Shown here in pieces: positions 39,001-49,353 of a stretch of DNA of 64,000 nucleotides (position 1 is its first letter; every line of letters starts with the position of its first letter). Origin of the DNA: a virus; the IMG/VR virus record IMGVR_UViG_3300035698_018653, positions 32,001 to 96,000 of that record; one strand, given 5' to 3'. Position numbers and translations under genes: made by a program. The notes under the pieces were generated by a model. It was not told the origin of the DNA. It did no database searches and worked only from the letters and a program-made list of their open reading frames with translations.

Positions 39001-39940
39001 CTTGCCCCATAAGAAATAAAGTTGGGAGTCCAGGTTGCGCCGGCACACCATTTGATAACTGGAGTGAATATACAACCAAAGCAATAAGTATAAATACCTT
39101 AAGGATACACAAAGCAATGACAGACTTCCTTTATGATCTCTGGATTGAATTGAAAGAGGAAGAAAAGGAAGAAGAGGATTTAAAGATGGGAGATTTTGTA
39201 GTTACTCCCTGGAATAAATCATTGCGTTTAGTTTGCAGAGAGAAAGAAAATTCAGGAAACTTATTTACTGTAGATATGTGTGGAGTAACACAAGTTGTTG
39301 GTAAAGAAAATTTTAAACGTAATAACTATAAAAAAATCTCAAAGCAAGAAGCACTAGAAATGCTTAAAAAAGAATGGAGTTGAATAAATGAACCAAAGAG
39401 AAAAGGGATTTACTCAAGGTGTTGGATGCGCAATACATTATGTAGCTGCTTATGATAAAAATGTGGCAGAGAGATTATTCCTTGATATGAATTTACCTTT
39501 AAAAGATTACGAGGAAGTGTATGATGAGATTGATTTACCCTATATACGTAAAAGCAGCAGAGGAGTAAAAAATGAAACCACATAAGCCAGACTTTCCAGA
39601 TTATAATTGTACAGTAGAGCTACCAAAGAATCCAGATAAAAACGCAAATCCTTTTGGTACAACATCTTCTTTTAAGGGCGAAGAGTTGACAGCTGATAAG
39701 TTAAAAGAAATGTTTGGGCTTTTAAAAAAGAACCCAAAGCCAAAAGCAATTGTATTAATTCCTATAGGGCTGGAGGGGAGATATATGATTAAAGAATATC
39801 CGGCAGAATATTTTACTCCATCTTTTTTTAAACCAAACTCGCTTCAGCCAGATGGGTTTATCGAAAGATTAACCCCACCTAAAGGTGAGCTAAGAAAAGA
39901 TGGTCAGTTTCCCGGCGAAGGAAGACCTGAACTAGTTTAA
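36056..39940 (+). other. Run of small hypothetical CDS (36056, 36398, 36636, 37145, 37381, 37598, 37954, 38184, 39388, 39572), several Cys-rich
   Basis: Co-oriented ORFs, most with GGAG RBS; typical of a phage accessory region. Confidence 0.55.
36062..36090 (+). promoter_or_regulatory. Putative promoter (CGTATATTAT at 36081-36090)
   Basis: Recurrent motif upstream of a small-gene block. Confidence 0.5.
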
Positions 39941-39949
39941 ATAATTAAT

Positions 39950-39959
39950 CGTATATTAT
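39950..39959 (+). promoter_or_regulatory. CGTATATTAT promoter motif
   Basis: In the 35-bp gap before 39976; the -35 half is not conserved. Confidence 0.45.
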
Positions 39960-39975
39960 ATATAAAGGAAAGATA

Positions 39976-40236
39976 ATGAAACTTATTTACTGTCCCGAGT
40001 GTGGTGATATATTTAGCTTAAGGGAAGATGTTAGATTTTGTTATTGTAAGAAATCATATGGTAATTATTTAGATGATGGTTTAAATGCGGTAATAGGTGG
40101 AGAAGCAATTCCTATCGGATTTAATAATTTTAGTTTTACAGGCGCACTAAATAATATTCCAGAGAGTGGCAAGGGAATAACTTTTGAAGCTTTCTTTATT
40201 CCAAAAAAATGTGATCACATAAAAAGGATAACATGA
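39976..40236 (+). CDS. Small Zn-binding phage protein
   Basis: CPECGD...CYC. Confidence 0.55.
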   Translation: MKLIYCPECGDIFSLREDVRFCYCKKSYGNYLDDGLNAVIGGEAIPIGFNNFSFTGALNNIPESGKGITFEAFFIPKKCDHIKRIT

Positions 40237-40922
40237 AACCATACTGGCTGGACCTATATAAACAAACAGATTTATTCGGAACAGATAAGCTCAATAGAAT
40301 CCCCTCACGCACTGAAGTCTATGTTATCATAGGTCAATTCTTTGAGGTACTTGCAAGAGAGATACTGGGTGGAGAGTTGGGCGATGTTGACCCTGTTAAT
40401 AACTTCCAACCAGACCTTATAATATGGAATAAGAACGGCGAGAGTGATATTATCGTAGAAGTAAAAGGATGTAATCACAAGACCGGATATGGGGCCTTAA
40501 TAGACGATGATCAGATAGAGTTCTATGAGAAGCTTGAAACATCTACTTTTCCATATAATAATCCGAATGCGTTATACTGTATCTTTTATTATCAGTGTGA
40601 TGGTATACGAGATAAAGGATATTCTGTTAATAAAATATTAAGTATACTTGCTGGTGGAATAATAGATTCATTTCTTGTTAGTGTTTTATATATGAGAGAA
40701 ATATGTTCTCCACTTAAATCAAAAAAATATCATGGATGGAAGACCAGGGAAGATCAAACATACAAAAGGCTTTCTTATTCTGCTATATCAAAACATAGAA
40801 AAGGAAGCTACACAATACAAATGAAAAATGTAAAGATAGGAAATTTAAAAATAAATAATTTTCCACTTTGTTTTTTGAGAAAGGAGTTTGATAATGGAGA
40901 CGATAAAACAAAAAAGCAATAA
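40233..40922 (+). CDS. PD-(D/E)XK nuclease-like protein
   Basis: GQFFE helix, PD, EVK, downstream Q. Confidence 0.65.
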   Translation: MKPYWLDLYKQTDLFGTDKLNRIPSRTEVYVIIGQFFEVLAREILGGELGDVDPVNNFQPDLIIWNKNGESDIIVEVKGCNHKTGYGALIDDDQIEFYEKLETSTFPYNNPNALYCIFYYQCDGIRDKGYSVNKILSILAGGIIDSFLVSVLYMREICSPLKSKKYHGWKTREDQTYKRLSYSAISKHRKGSYTIQMKNVKIGNLKINNFPLCFLRKEFDNGDDKTKKQ

Positions 40923-41346
40923 TGATTGTTTAGCTGCAGTAACCGCCATGATATTAAAAATTACCTATGAAGAAGCCCTCGATATTTTAAAAAAGCAAAA
41001 CAAAGAAGGCCCACCCTTTAATGACATTGATTTAATATTAGTTGCGCTTAAGAAAGAAATTTATATTGGTATTTTAGGAATAGACTATAAAGGAATGAAG
41101 TTTTCAATCCCTAATGCTTCGATAGGTAAGATTGGCTTTGAACAAGAATTCTGGAAAAATGAATATTATATCGGAGTTAAATCATTGAACTTTCCAGATA
41201 AAACTCATGCAATTTATTTTGATGGAGAAATATTACACGACCCCTCTTCTAATAAAAGATTTAAAGATTTGGGGGCGTATGAGGTTCAAGCTTTTTATCC
41301 TATATCGAGAGAAAGATTAATAAATAAAAAAGGGGATATAAAATGA
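40888..41346 (+). CDS. Papain-fold (C39-like) cysteine peptidase domain protein, paralog of 381
   Basis: KQKSNNDCLAA, THAIYFDG, HDPS. Confidence 0.55.
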   Translation: MIMETIKQKSNNDCLAAVTAMILKITYEEALDILKKQNKEGPPFNDIDLILVALKKEIYIGILGIDYKGMKFSIPNASIGKIGFEQEFWKNEYYIGVKSLNFPDKTHAIYFDGEILHDPSSNKRFKDLGAYEVQAFYPISRERLINKKGDIK

Positions 41347-42181
41347 TAATAACAATTTGTATTCTTTCTATGTTATTACTTCTCTATTTAAAATTAAGAA
41401 TGTTTTGGTTTTATAAAGAGAACTGGAAAAGAGCAAGACAATATGGTAAATACTGGCGTCAATACAAATGTTGGAATAGAAAGAAAGTGCTTCTAAGATT
41501 TTGGAATTGGAGTTATGATGAAATGTATTTTCCTAAAACATTTGAAGAATTAGAAGCGGAAGGATTATCAGATGCCTTCGGAGACAAAAAACAAAAAGCA
41601 AAATTAAAGTCATTTAGGAAAAAGAAAAAATGATTGGTCGTGGTGGAGTAGATTTAAAAGAGAAGTATAGTAAAGCTCAAAAGGAAATCTTTCCAATGCT
41701 TCTTAAGCTTGTGCCTAAAGAACTAAAGGACAGAGTGCATATCGACTTGTCATCTGGGTCATGGAATTATACCGGAACGATTTGTATCAAGGGTCGTATT
41801 AATGAAATAAAAAATAGATGGAAATCAAAATACATTCGTATCTGGCAACTGGATAATCTTTATGATATAGCAAGACCGATAATGGAAGAGATAATTGAAG
41901 TTACATTCGAGGGGTACCACGATGATATTATTAATAGAGGCGAGAGAAAAGAATGGGAAGAGAGGGTAAGAAAGAAGCTTGGAAATGATTTTAAAATAGG
42001 ATACTGGGATTGGCGAGACGAATACAAGATTGATTATAAAGGTTTAAGCGCAAATGTAAGTAGAGATAAAAAGGAATATACTATTGGCATTTCAATTACT
42101 TGTCCGCTTAAATATTTAAGAAAGACATTTGATTACATATTAAAATTGAAAAAGTTTTTAGGAGATTATTATGAGAAATAA
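41343..42181 (+). other. Two hypothetical CDS (41343 membrane-anchored; 41630)
   Basis: ATGA-coupled ORFs. Confidence 0.55.
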
Positions 42182-42260
42182 AAGGAGGTGTTGCGATGAA
42201 ATAAAACAAAACAATTTGTTATCCAAGCAAGCTCTCATAACTGAGAGTGTCAATCAAGGG

Positions 42261-42302
42261 AAAGTACTCTCTGATCTATTTTCGGTCAGGGAGTACTTTT
42301 TT
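42261..42302 (+). terminator. Intrinsic terminator
   Basis: 16-bp stem AAAGTACTCTCTGATC/GGTCAGGGAGTACTTT (two G-U pairs) running into a T tract. Confidence 0.75.
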
Positions 42303-42304
42303 AC

Positions 42305-42333
42305 ATCAAAACAATAATTATATCGTATATTAT
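42305..42333 (+). promoter_or_regulatory. Putative promoter (CGTATATTAT at 42324-42333)
   Basis: Directly after the terminator and 8 nt before ATG 42342, so possibly a leaderless mRNA. Confidence 0.55.
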
Positions 42334-42341
42334 AAGTAGAG

Positions 42342-44892
42342 ATGAATAACTTTAAATATAAAACTTTAGAAATAAAATCTTTAATTAGAAAATATAATTC
42401 AAAGTTAAAAGAGTATCACGAAAAATACCCTTTAAAATTAAATGACACTACAGAAAGGATTCAAGAGAAAAAAGATGTAAGAGAAAATATTATAAAGGGG
42501 TTTCTAAAGGAGATAAAAGAACTTGGGGGATATCAAAGAGTTGTTACTGATTTAAAAATGAAGCACCCAAATACTTTAATTATAGATTATAATGAAAGCC
42601 AAAAATGTTTTACTTACTTAAGAAGGTGCGATATTGTTTTTCCAAGGGGATCATTTACGCCAAGTAAAAGCTCTACTATAGAATTTTATAAGCACGGAGC
42701 CGATAAGATTAGAGATGAATATATATCAATAGAAAACAAATTAAACAAAATCAAAAATAAAATGCTGATAAGGAGTTAATGATGAGAAATGTATTTGACC
42801 CTATTGACAGATGTCAGTTAAGCGCAGAAGAGGTAAAGATAGTTGGAAATACACTCAAGAAATATACTTTAGAAAAATTAAATCTTATCTCTAGTAAACC
42901 AATGGTGACTAGAGAATTTCATCTTCAAGGTATATTTACTATTTGTATTATTCGATATAATATAGATATTTATGTTGGGGTATCCGTTTGGCATCCAAAG
43001 GAAGATAAGTTTGATGCTCAAAGTGGTATGATGCGCAGCTTTATAAAAGCGGTTAAAATAATGATGGTTGAAAAACAACTATCAAAAAGATGTACGGCTA
43101 TTCTTGATGGAGGACAACAGTGCACTCACTCTATACCCTTAAAGGATATTAGAAATGATCCTGCGCTTGAAGGATATGATATTATAGATGAGTTATTTTG
43201 TAGATATCATAGGGGCAGAAGGATGAGAAAGAAAAGGATTAAAAAAGTATATAAAAATATTTTAGATAAAAAGACCCTTAATAAAAAAATCGGTAAACTT
43301 AAAGATATAACTAATGAATTAAATAAAGTTTCTGCGCCCGTTTTATCAGATTCAAAATAAGGCGCACGGAGAGCGGGGTGTACTGTGTGAGTTGGTTCTC
43401 TAACTCCTTCCAACTGTGACAGATGGCCCCTCTCTCCTAAATTATAATTGGAGAATAAAATGAATTGGACACCGGAATTAATTATTATATTGGTTGCTTG
43501 GGTTGCGTCAACTATAGTAGCAATATGGAGAAAAGATGCCGAGGTGTTGTGGCTTCCACTTATACTTACGGTATTGCTTTTTGTTTGTAAATAATGAAAA
43601 TACCGTTTAAGAAATTAACGTTGTCCGACTATAGGCATTATGCTGCGAATCAAATGGAGATACCGGATTACAAGAATAGAAGACGGTATATATTTAAACA
43701 TAGAAAGAAAAAGATAAGAAGCAGATATGCATTTCACTTTAGAGATAAAGATATAATAAGGATAGCTATATTTTTTCATGAAAAGAATAAAGACTTTTTT
43801 GAAAGGTATGGAATAATTTGTTACGATTTAAAATCATTCAAAAAACAATGGAGGTTTATTGGTATTGACAAAGAAATTTTAGAGGTTAAAAAGAGAAAGA
43901 AAAAAACATTAATACTTTAAGGAGAAATAAAATGAATACTGAATTTGAGTTTGAGTTTGGAGACAAAGTAAAACATATAGTTTTAGAATTTGAAGGTATT
44001 ATTCGCGCAATGGATACTTGGTATACGGGGTGTAAAAGATGTGCTGTTCAGCGACCAATAAAAAAAGATGAAAGCGTACCTGATTTATATTGGGCCGAAG
44101 AGGTTGATTTAAAGTTAATTAAAAAAAGTACAGACAAAATAGATGTTCCCAGAAGTGGTCCTCACGATAACGTTAAAAAACTTGGTGTAAAATAAAATTT
44201 ATATTTAATTTTAAGGAGAAATAAAATGGCAAAGAAAAAGAAAATTATTGAAGAAGAAGTAGAATCAAAGGAAGAGAAAAAGAAAGAGCCTATTCAGTAT
44301 TGGATTCAGAATTTCTTTGTTGAGAACCCCAACCAAGGCGGCAAGAAAAAAGTATTGTCGATTAGAACTTTTGCGCCGATTATTATTGATAGCGAAACTA
44401 ATACCAATACAACTTTCAAAAAGAGAGTTGAAACCGTTATGGGTCTTAATGAGAACAATGAGCAAATAACAGAACCGAAACTGGAAGTTCTTAATGCAGC
44501 TGAAAATGAAATCAATCTTGATAAGATGATTGTAAATACTATTTTGAAAAAGGTACGCTGATATGATCCCGACCAAAATAAACGATATAGAAATCTTAAA
44601 TGAACAAGAGCGTGATGAGTTAAGGGAAGATCTAAAGAACCAAGACCTTGAATTTATAAAAGAGGGGGATTCAATACACGTTCTAATAGCCTCCCTTGAT
44701 CCGGTTAAGGATATACTAGTAATTGATGAGAACGAAGCTCAGAACAGGTATATGCAGTATTGTGATAGTAAGAAAAACGAATGTGGTGACTTCTTTATAT
44801 CCGTTATATTATATCACGAATCAATCAAGATATTAAACAACGAACTAGGGTACAGTTTTAACGAAGATAAAAGGATATTCTTAAGGGGGTAA
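42342..44892 (+). other. Hypothetical CDS 42342, 42779, 43594, 43932, 44226, 44563 upstream of the terminase
   Basis: Co-oriented ORFs; a small terminase subunit could be among them but is not recognisable. Confidence 0.5.
43368..43437 (+). ncRNA. Small structured intergenic RNA element
   Basis: GGAGAG-C-GGGGT pairs with GCCCC-T-CTCTCC; inner CTGT/ACAG and GAGTTGG/CTAACTC. Confidence 0.45.
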
Positions 44893-44899
44893 ATAAAGC

Positions 44900-46615
44900 T
44901 TGGCCAGAAGTAACCAAGACAAAAGGTTGCTTCAGGAATATGACGATGACATAAGTGTTTTTTTGAAAAGAAGTCTTGTTAAAGGATTTGAAGACATTCC
45001 TGATCTCTCCTCCAGTATCTGGAAGGAGAAGCCTGTAAGTATAGAAGTCTTTTGCAGAGACTTTATAGGTGAAGAACTATATCCTTTGCAGCTTGAGGAT
45101 GCAGAAAAATGCTATGGTAAGAATCCATTGGTGTGGGATGAAACATATGATTGGTTAATACTATTTATCGGTAAGGGTGGCGGTAAGGATAGAACTGTTG
45201 CCAAGCTCTTTGCTTACGGAGCCTATAAGATTGCTTGTTTAAAAAATCCTCATAAGTTCTTTGAGGGGATCGGCGCTGGCTCAATGATAGACTTTATTAA
45301 TTTGAGCTTTAACGCACAGCAAGCAACTGATGTATTCTTTACAGAACTTAAGACTATTATTAAGATGGTTAAGAATCCACGAACCAAAAAGAATTGGTTT
45401 GAGGAAAGGGGTGCAGATCTTCGAGAGCATGAGGATATGCAAAAGAATAAAATTGTTCTTTTAAAAGGAGTGAGATGTCATTCGCTTAATAGTGAACATT
45501 ATTCTGCTGAAGGATATAATGTTTTTATGGGTGTCGTTGATGAGAAAGGAGCTTTTAAAGCAGGGCAGGGAATAAAGGCTACAGATACATTAATGAATTG
45601 TATGAAAAGTAGGTTTCCAAAATGTGGAAAAGTAATTGATATTAGCAAGATGTATCACCATAATGATGATATGGATATAGCGTATAAAGAAACCAAGGGA
45701 ATGGACAACGTTTATCGAATAAGGAGAAAGAGCTGGGAGTATAATTTAAAAATTAAAAAAGAAAATTTTGCAATGCAGTATTCAAGAAATAAGTATAAAG
45801 CAATGCAAGATTTTGAATGCGAAGGTGGCGCACTTGGTGGCGATGCAGTATCAGACAAACTCTCTATAGACGAATGTTTTAATAATGAAAATTGGAACAA
45901 GAATCCGGTTAAAGGTAATCTTTCTTTTACCAGAAATCTGTTTCAACTTAGATTTCATGATTGGTTTAAGGATGACGGAAAAAAACATACACTTCATATA
46001 GATTTAGCAAAAGGCAAGGAGAGCGGATGTGATGCCGGAATAGCAATGGGGCATTCAGAGTGGATGTTTCCGAAGTATACCAGAAAGAAAAACGATATAC
46101 TAACTGAGGAAGAACTTAAATCTTTTGAGAAGCAACAAAAGATGGGTGTGGTAATAGACTTCTATATTCAATTGAGAGGCCCAGACAAGGGTGAGATTAG
46201 GATATCAGACGTAAGGAGGTTTGTAGTTGAGATACTGAAAAAAAGATTTGGATTTAACATTGTACTTGTGACCTATGATGGGTATGCTTCCGCAGAAAGT
46301 ATTCAGGAATTTCCCAGAGAGGGAATACGTTCTGAGAAACGAAGCGTGGAAGATAATGATAGTCAGGAAACGCTGATCACCGATTTTATGGGAGAGCGTA
46401 GATTTAAGACTTATAGGAATGATGTCTGGCATCGTGAAGCACGAAGCCTTATAAGGGAAGTGGACACTGGAAGGATTAATCATCCTGAGCTTGATTATGA
46501 GAGGAGCATAGCAGAAAATAAAAATGCTGGCTCCGATGACGTTTGGAAAGCAACAGTTGGTGTAACCATGAACTGCATGGAGAAATTGAGACTTGGCGGC
46601 GGTATAGTCTTTTAA
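44900..46615 (+). CDS. terL: Terminase large subunit
   Basis: Walker A GKGGGKD, Walker B VVDE, RNase H-like HIDLA / VTYDG / SDDV; upstream of the portal. Confidence 0.9.
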   Translation: MARSNQDKRLLQEYDDDISVFLKRSLVKGFEDIPDLSSSIWKEKPVSIEVFCRDFIGEELYPLQLEDAEKCYGKNPLVWDETYDWLILFIGKGGGKDRTVAKLFAYGAYKIACLKNPHKFFEGIGAGSMIDFINLSFNAQQATDVFFTELKTIIKMVKNPRTKKNWFEERGADLREHEDMQKNKIVLLKGVRCHSLNSEHYSAEGYNVFMGVVDEKGAFKAGQGIKATDTLMNCMKSRFPKCGKVIDISKMYHHNDDMDIAYKETKGMDNVYRIRRKSWEYNLKIKKENFAMQYSRNKYKAMQDFECEGGALGGDAVSDKLSIDECFNNENWNKNPVKGNLSFTRNLFQLRFHDWFKDDGKKHTLHIDLAKGKESGCDAGIAMGHSEWMFPKYTRKKNDILTEEELKSFEKQQKMGVVIDFYIQLRGPDKGEIRISDVRRFVVEILKKRFGFNIVLVTYDGYASAESIQEFPREGIRSEKRSVEDNDSQETLITDFMGERRFKTYRNDVWHREARSLIREVDTGRINHPELDYERSIAENKNAGSDDVWKATVGVTMNCMEKLRLGGGIVF

Positions 46616-46639
46616 CTTGATTTTGAACGAGGAGAAATT

Positions 46640-46900
46640 ATGATGGAAGAAAGAAAGTCGAATAAGCCTGGGACAATGTGTCCTCACAGAAAGTCCTATA
46701 AGTTTTTGGGTAAAACTGGTGAAAAAGATGCTAGTGGAAAAGCTACGTTTGGTGATTTATCTCTCCAGAAGTGGCAGAATATTTCCATAGTTGTTGAGAG
46801 ATTCAATGATTGTTTAGGTAAGAAATGTGAAGGATGGAGCAAAGAATATAATTGTTGCGTTATTGATAAAGTACAAGTAGAAAAAAAGAAGGGGAAATAA
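46640..46900 (+). CDS. Small Cys-rich protein
   Basis: CP...CLGKKC.GW....C. Confidence 0.55.
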   Translation: MMEERKSNKPGTMCPHRKSYKFLGKTGEKDASGKATFGDLSLQKWQNISIVVERFNDCLGKKCEGWSKEYNCCVIDKVQVEKKKGK

Positions 46901-46901
46901 T

Positions 46902-47138
46902 ATGTCGTCAATAAATGATTCTATGAAGTTTTATACAGAAGGAAATCAGGGTGTACCGGTTAAAAATAGTAAGATTAAAGTAATAAATCATTATGGCAAA
47001 TCTGTTTCTGGTCTCTGTGTTGCTCATGATCTTCATGTGCTTAAGCTTATGGGTGACGATGGCGAACCTATGATTATTCCGTATACAGGAGTATTTTGTA
47101 TTAAACCCTTTAGTGAAAAAAAGAAAAAAGGTAAGTGA
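46902..47138 (+). CDS. Sm/LSm (Hfq-like) fold protein
   Basis: Sm1-like IKVINHYGKSVSGLCVAHDLHVLKL and Sm2-like MIIPYTGVFCIKP; 78 aa. Confidence 0.55.
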   Translation: MSSINDSMKFYTEGNQGVPVKNSKIKVINHYGKSVSGLCVAHDLHVLKLMGDDGEPMIIPYTGVFCIKPFSEKKKKGK

Positions 47139-47668
47139 TGGCTAAAAAAGAAACCCTCGATGATGACGACAGCTTCCTGGATGATGAGGAATCTGGCGAC
47201 AAAATAGACGCTGAAGAAATCGAGGAGTCAACAGAAGAGACTGCCCCTAAAAATAAAGGGGTGGTCTCTAGGGGAAGGAAAGGCGTCCAGATTGATAATT
47301 CAGGATATTTATTTATAAGAAAAGAACAGGAAGTAAAGAAAGAGGAAAAAAGAAAAAAGGATAAAGAACGCAGAGAGAAAAAGAGGCTGGAGAAGACAAA
47401 GAAAAAGAATGAAAGCAAGATAAAAAGCCTCAGGCGTACGGAGAGGACCAAAACTTTTTTAGTCTCTATTTTCAGTTATCCCTTTAATATACTGTTTAAT
47501 TTTATTAAGTTATTTACTAAAGTAAAAGATACTTTACAGTTTTTAGGATTAATTATTGTATGTATTTTAATTTATCGTCTAATAATGAATCCAGAGTTGT
47601 ATCAGACTGTCTGGTCTGGAGTAGCTTTAGTTTTTATTGTTTTCCTGGCAGCTCACTTTGATAAATAG
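47135..47668 (+). CDS. Membrane protein with acidic N-terminus, basic coiled region and C-terminal TMs
   Basis: Composition and hydropathy pattern. Confidence 0.5.
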   Translation: MMAKKETLDDDDSFLDDEESGDKIDAEEIEESTEETAPKNKGVVSRGRKGVQIDNSGYLFIRKEQEVKKEEKRKKDKERREKKRLEKTKKKNESKIKSLRRTERTKTFLVSIFSYPFNILFNFIKLFTKVKDTLQFLGLIIVCILIYRLIMNPELYQTVWSGVALVFIVFLAAHFDK

Positions 47669-47696
47669 GTTAACAGATTAACGGGGTATAAATATT

Positions 47697-49145
47697 ATGG
47701 CTTGGAGCTTTGAGAAACAAAGATCACCTGGAAGTACTATAACAACCGGTGGTAGAACTGGCGAAATTGATAATGAAAATGAAATAACGGGAACACTGAT
47801 TAAGAAACTTACATTCCAGGAAATGAATGCAATGTATCATGCAAATGTATGGGTACGTGCAATTATTGATAGGGAAGTAACGAGGGTTGTTGATATCCAG
47901 CCAAAAGTCAAGCCCCTTATATCGAAAGGAAAAAAGGAAGCTTCCAAGAAACAGATGAATCGTGTTGAAAAAATAGAGCGTCTGTTTCAAAAACCAAATA
48001 GAGAGAATGAAACATTTGATAATCTGCGTAGAAAGATGACAGCCGATAATTTAAAGTATGACGCAGGGGCTATTGAATTAGTAAAAGATAAAGCTCCAAA
48101 TGATTCTAATGGTCATGACGTTGTTGAAATGTATTCACTTCCAGGAGATCAGATTAGACACAATATAGATAAGCACGGATACAGGGATCTTAAAAGAGCA
48201 TATTATCAACAGAATAACGAAGGAAAGAAAATTGCTTTTTTCGATATTGGAGAAGTACTTTATTTTATGCTTCATCCTCAATCTAATTCATACTACGGAC
48301 TTTCAAATCTTGAAAGCTTAAATCAGACGGTAACTGCAGAGCTTTATTCTTCAAAGTATAATCTCGATTTCTTTGCCAATAATGCACGGCCAGACATAGC
48401 TCTTATGTTTGAGGACTTAGGCTTTGGTGCGGTAGAAGCGATAGAGCGTGCAAAGAAATATTGGAATCAGGAGCTACAGGGTAAACCTCATAAACCACTT
48501 ATTCTTGGTACCGATGAAGGGAAAGTAAAGATAGCAACATTTAAAGTGCCGAATCGTGATATGGAATTTCAGGCGTATAGTGAATGGTTGCTTATGAAAA
48601 TTATGGCAATGTTTGGTATGCAGCCTTTCGTACTTGGAATTATTCTCAATACAACCGGCAAGCTGAATTCGGAAATGCAGACAGAACAGTTTAAGATTGA
48701 TGCCATTAAACCTCAGCTAAGAGAATTTAGTAATCATTTTAATATGGAAGTAATTTGGAATGATAGAGGATTTAATTATGTTGATCCTGATTCTGTTTTT
48801 ATTGATTGGACTTTCGACGTAAGGGATCAGGATAAAGTTGCTAAAGTAAATCAGACAAATCTTGAAAGCGGTATTGTAACGATTAACGAAGTAAGACGTG
48901 CCGCCGGAGAAGAGCCAGTGCCCTGGGGTGATATTCCTTATCTTAAGAGCGGTGTTCAGCCCTTTGGCGGTCTTTTAAATTCTCCTGGCGCTAACGTACC
49001 TCCTGGAGTAACCGTGCCTACGGGGCTTGAAGGAGAGCTTGATGGAGCCAAAAAGACATACGTTTATAAAGCGTTAAGAGAAGCCAGAAAGAATCTCTCA
49101 AAGTTCTACATCGATATGACGAAAAACTTAAACAAAGCATCATGA
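47697..49145 (+). CDS. Portal protein (HK97 family)
   Basis: KPN..ET, YYGLS, FFANNARP, FGMQP..LG, GIVTINEVR...G..PVPWGD. Confidence 0.92.
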   Translation: MAWSFEKQRSPGSTITTGGRTGEIDNENEITGTLIKKLTFQEMNAMYHANVWVRAIIDREVTRVVDIQPKVKPLISKGKKEASKKQMNRVEKIERLFQKPNRENETFDNLRRKMTADNLKYDAGAIELVKDKAPNDSNGHDVVEMYSLPGDQIRHNIDKHGYRDLKRAYYQQNNEGKKIAFFDIGEVLYFMLHPQSNSYYGLSNLESLNQTVTAELYSSKYNLDFFANNARPDIALMFEDLGFGAVEAIERAKKYWNQELQGKPHKPLILGTDEGKVKIATFKVPNRDMEFQAYSEWLLMKIMAMFGMQPFVLGIILNTTGKLNSEMQTEQFKIDAIKPQLREFSNHFNMEVIWNDRGFNYVDPDSVFIDWTFDVRDQDKVAKVNQTNLESGIVTINEVRRAAGEEPVPWGDIPYLKSGVQPFGGLLNSPGANVPPGVTVPTGLEGELDGAKKTYVYKALREARKNLSKFYIDMTKNLNKAS

Positions 49146-49353
49146 TAATAGTTAATGAGAGTTTTTTTAAAGTGTGTAACGAAGACGTTGTTATTAGTTG
49201 TGCAAAAATAGTTAACAATACATATGACGTTTGGTTGGAAAATCATTTGGTTAGAGAGTTTAGATTTAAAAGATATGTTCGTGTACTCGATACCTTATCG
49301 AGTTGCCTAAATAAAGCCGGACCAATTATTTGCCATAACTAAAGGGATAGAAT

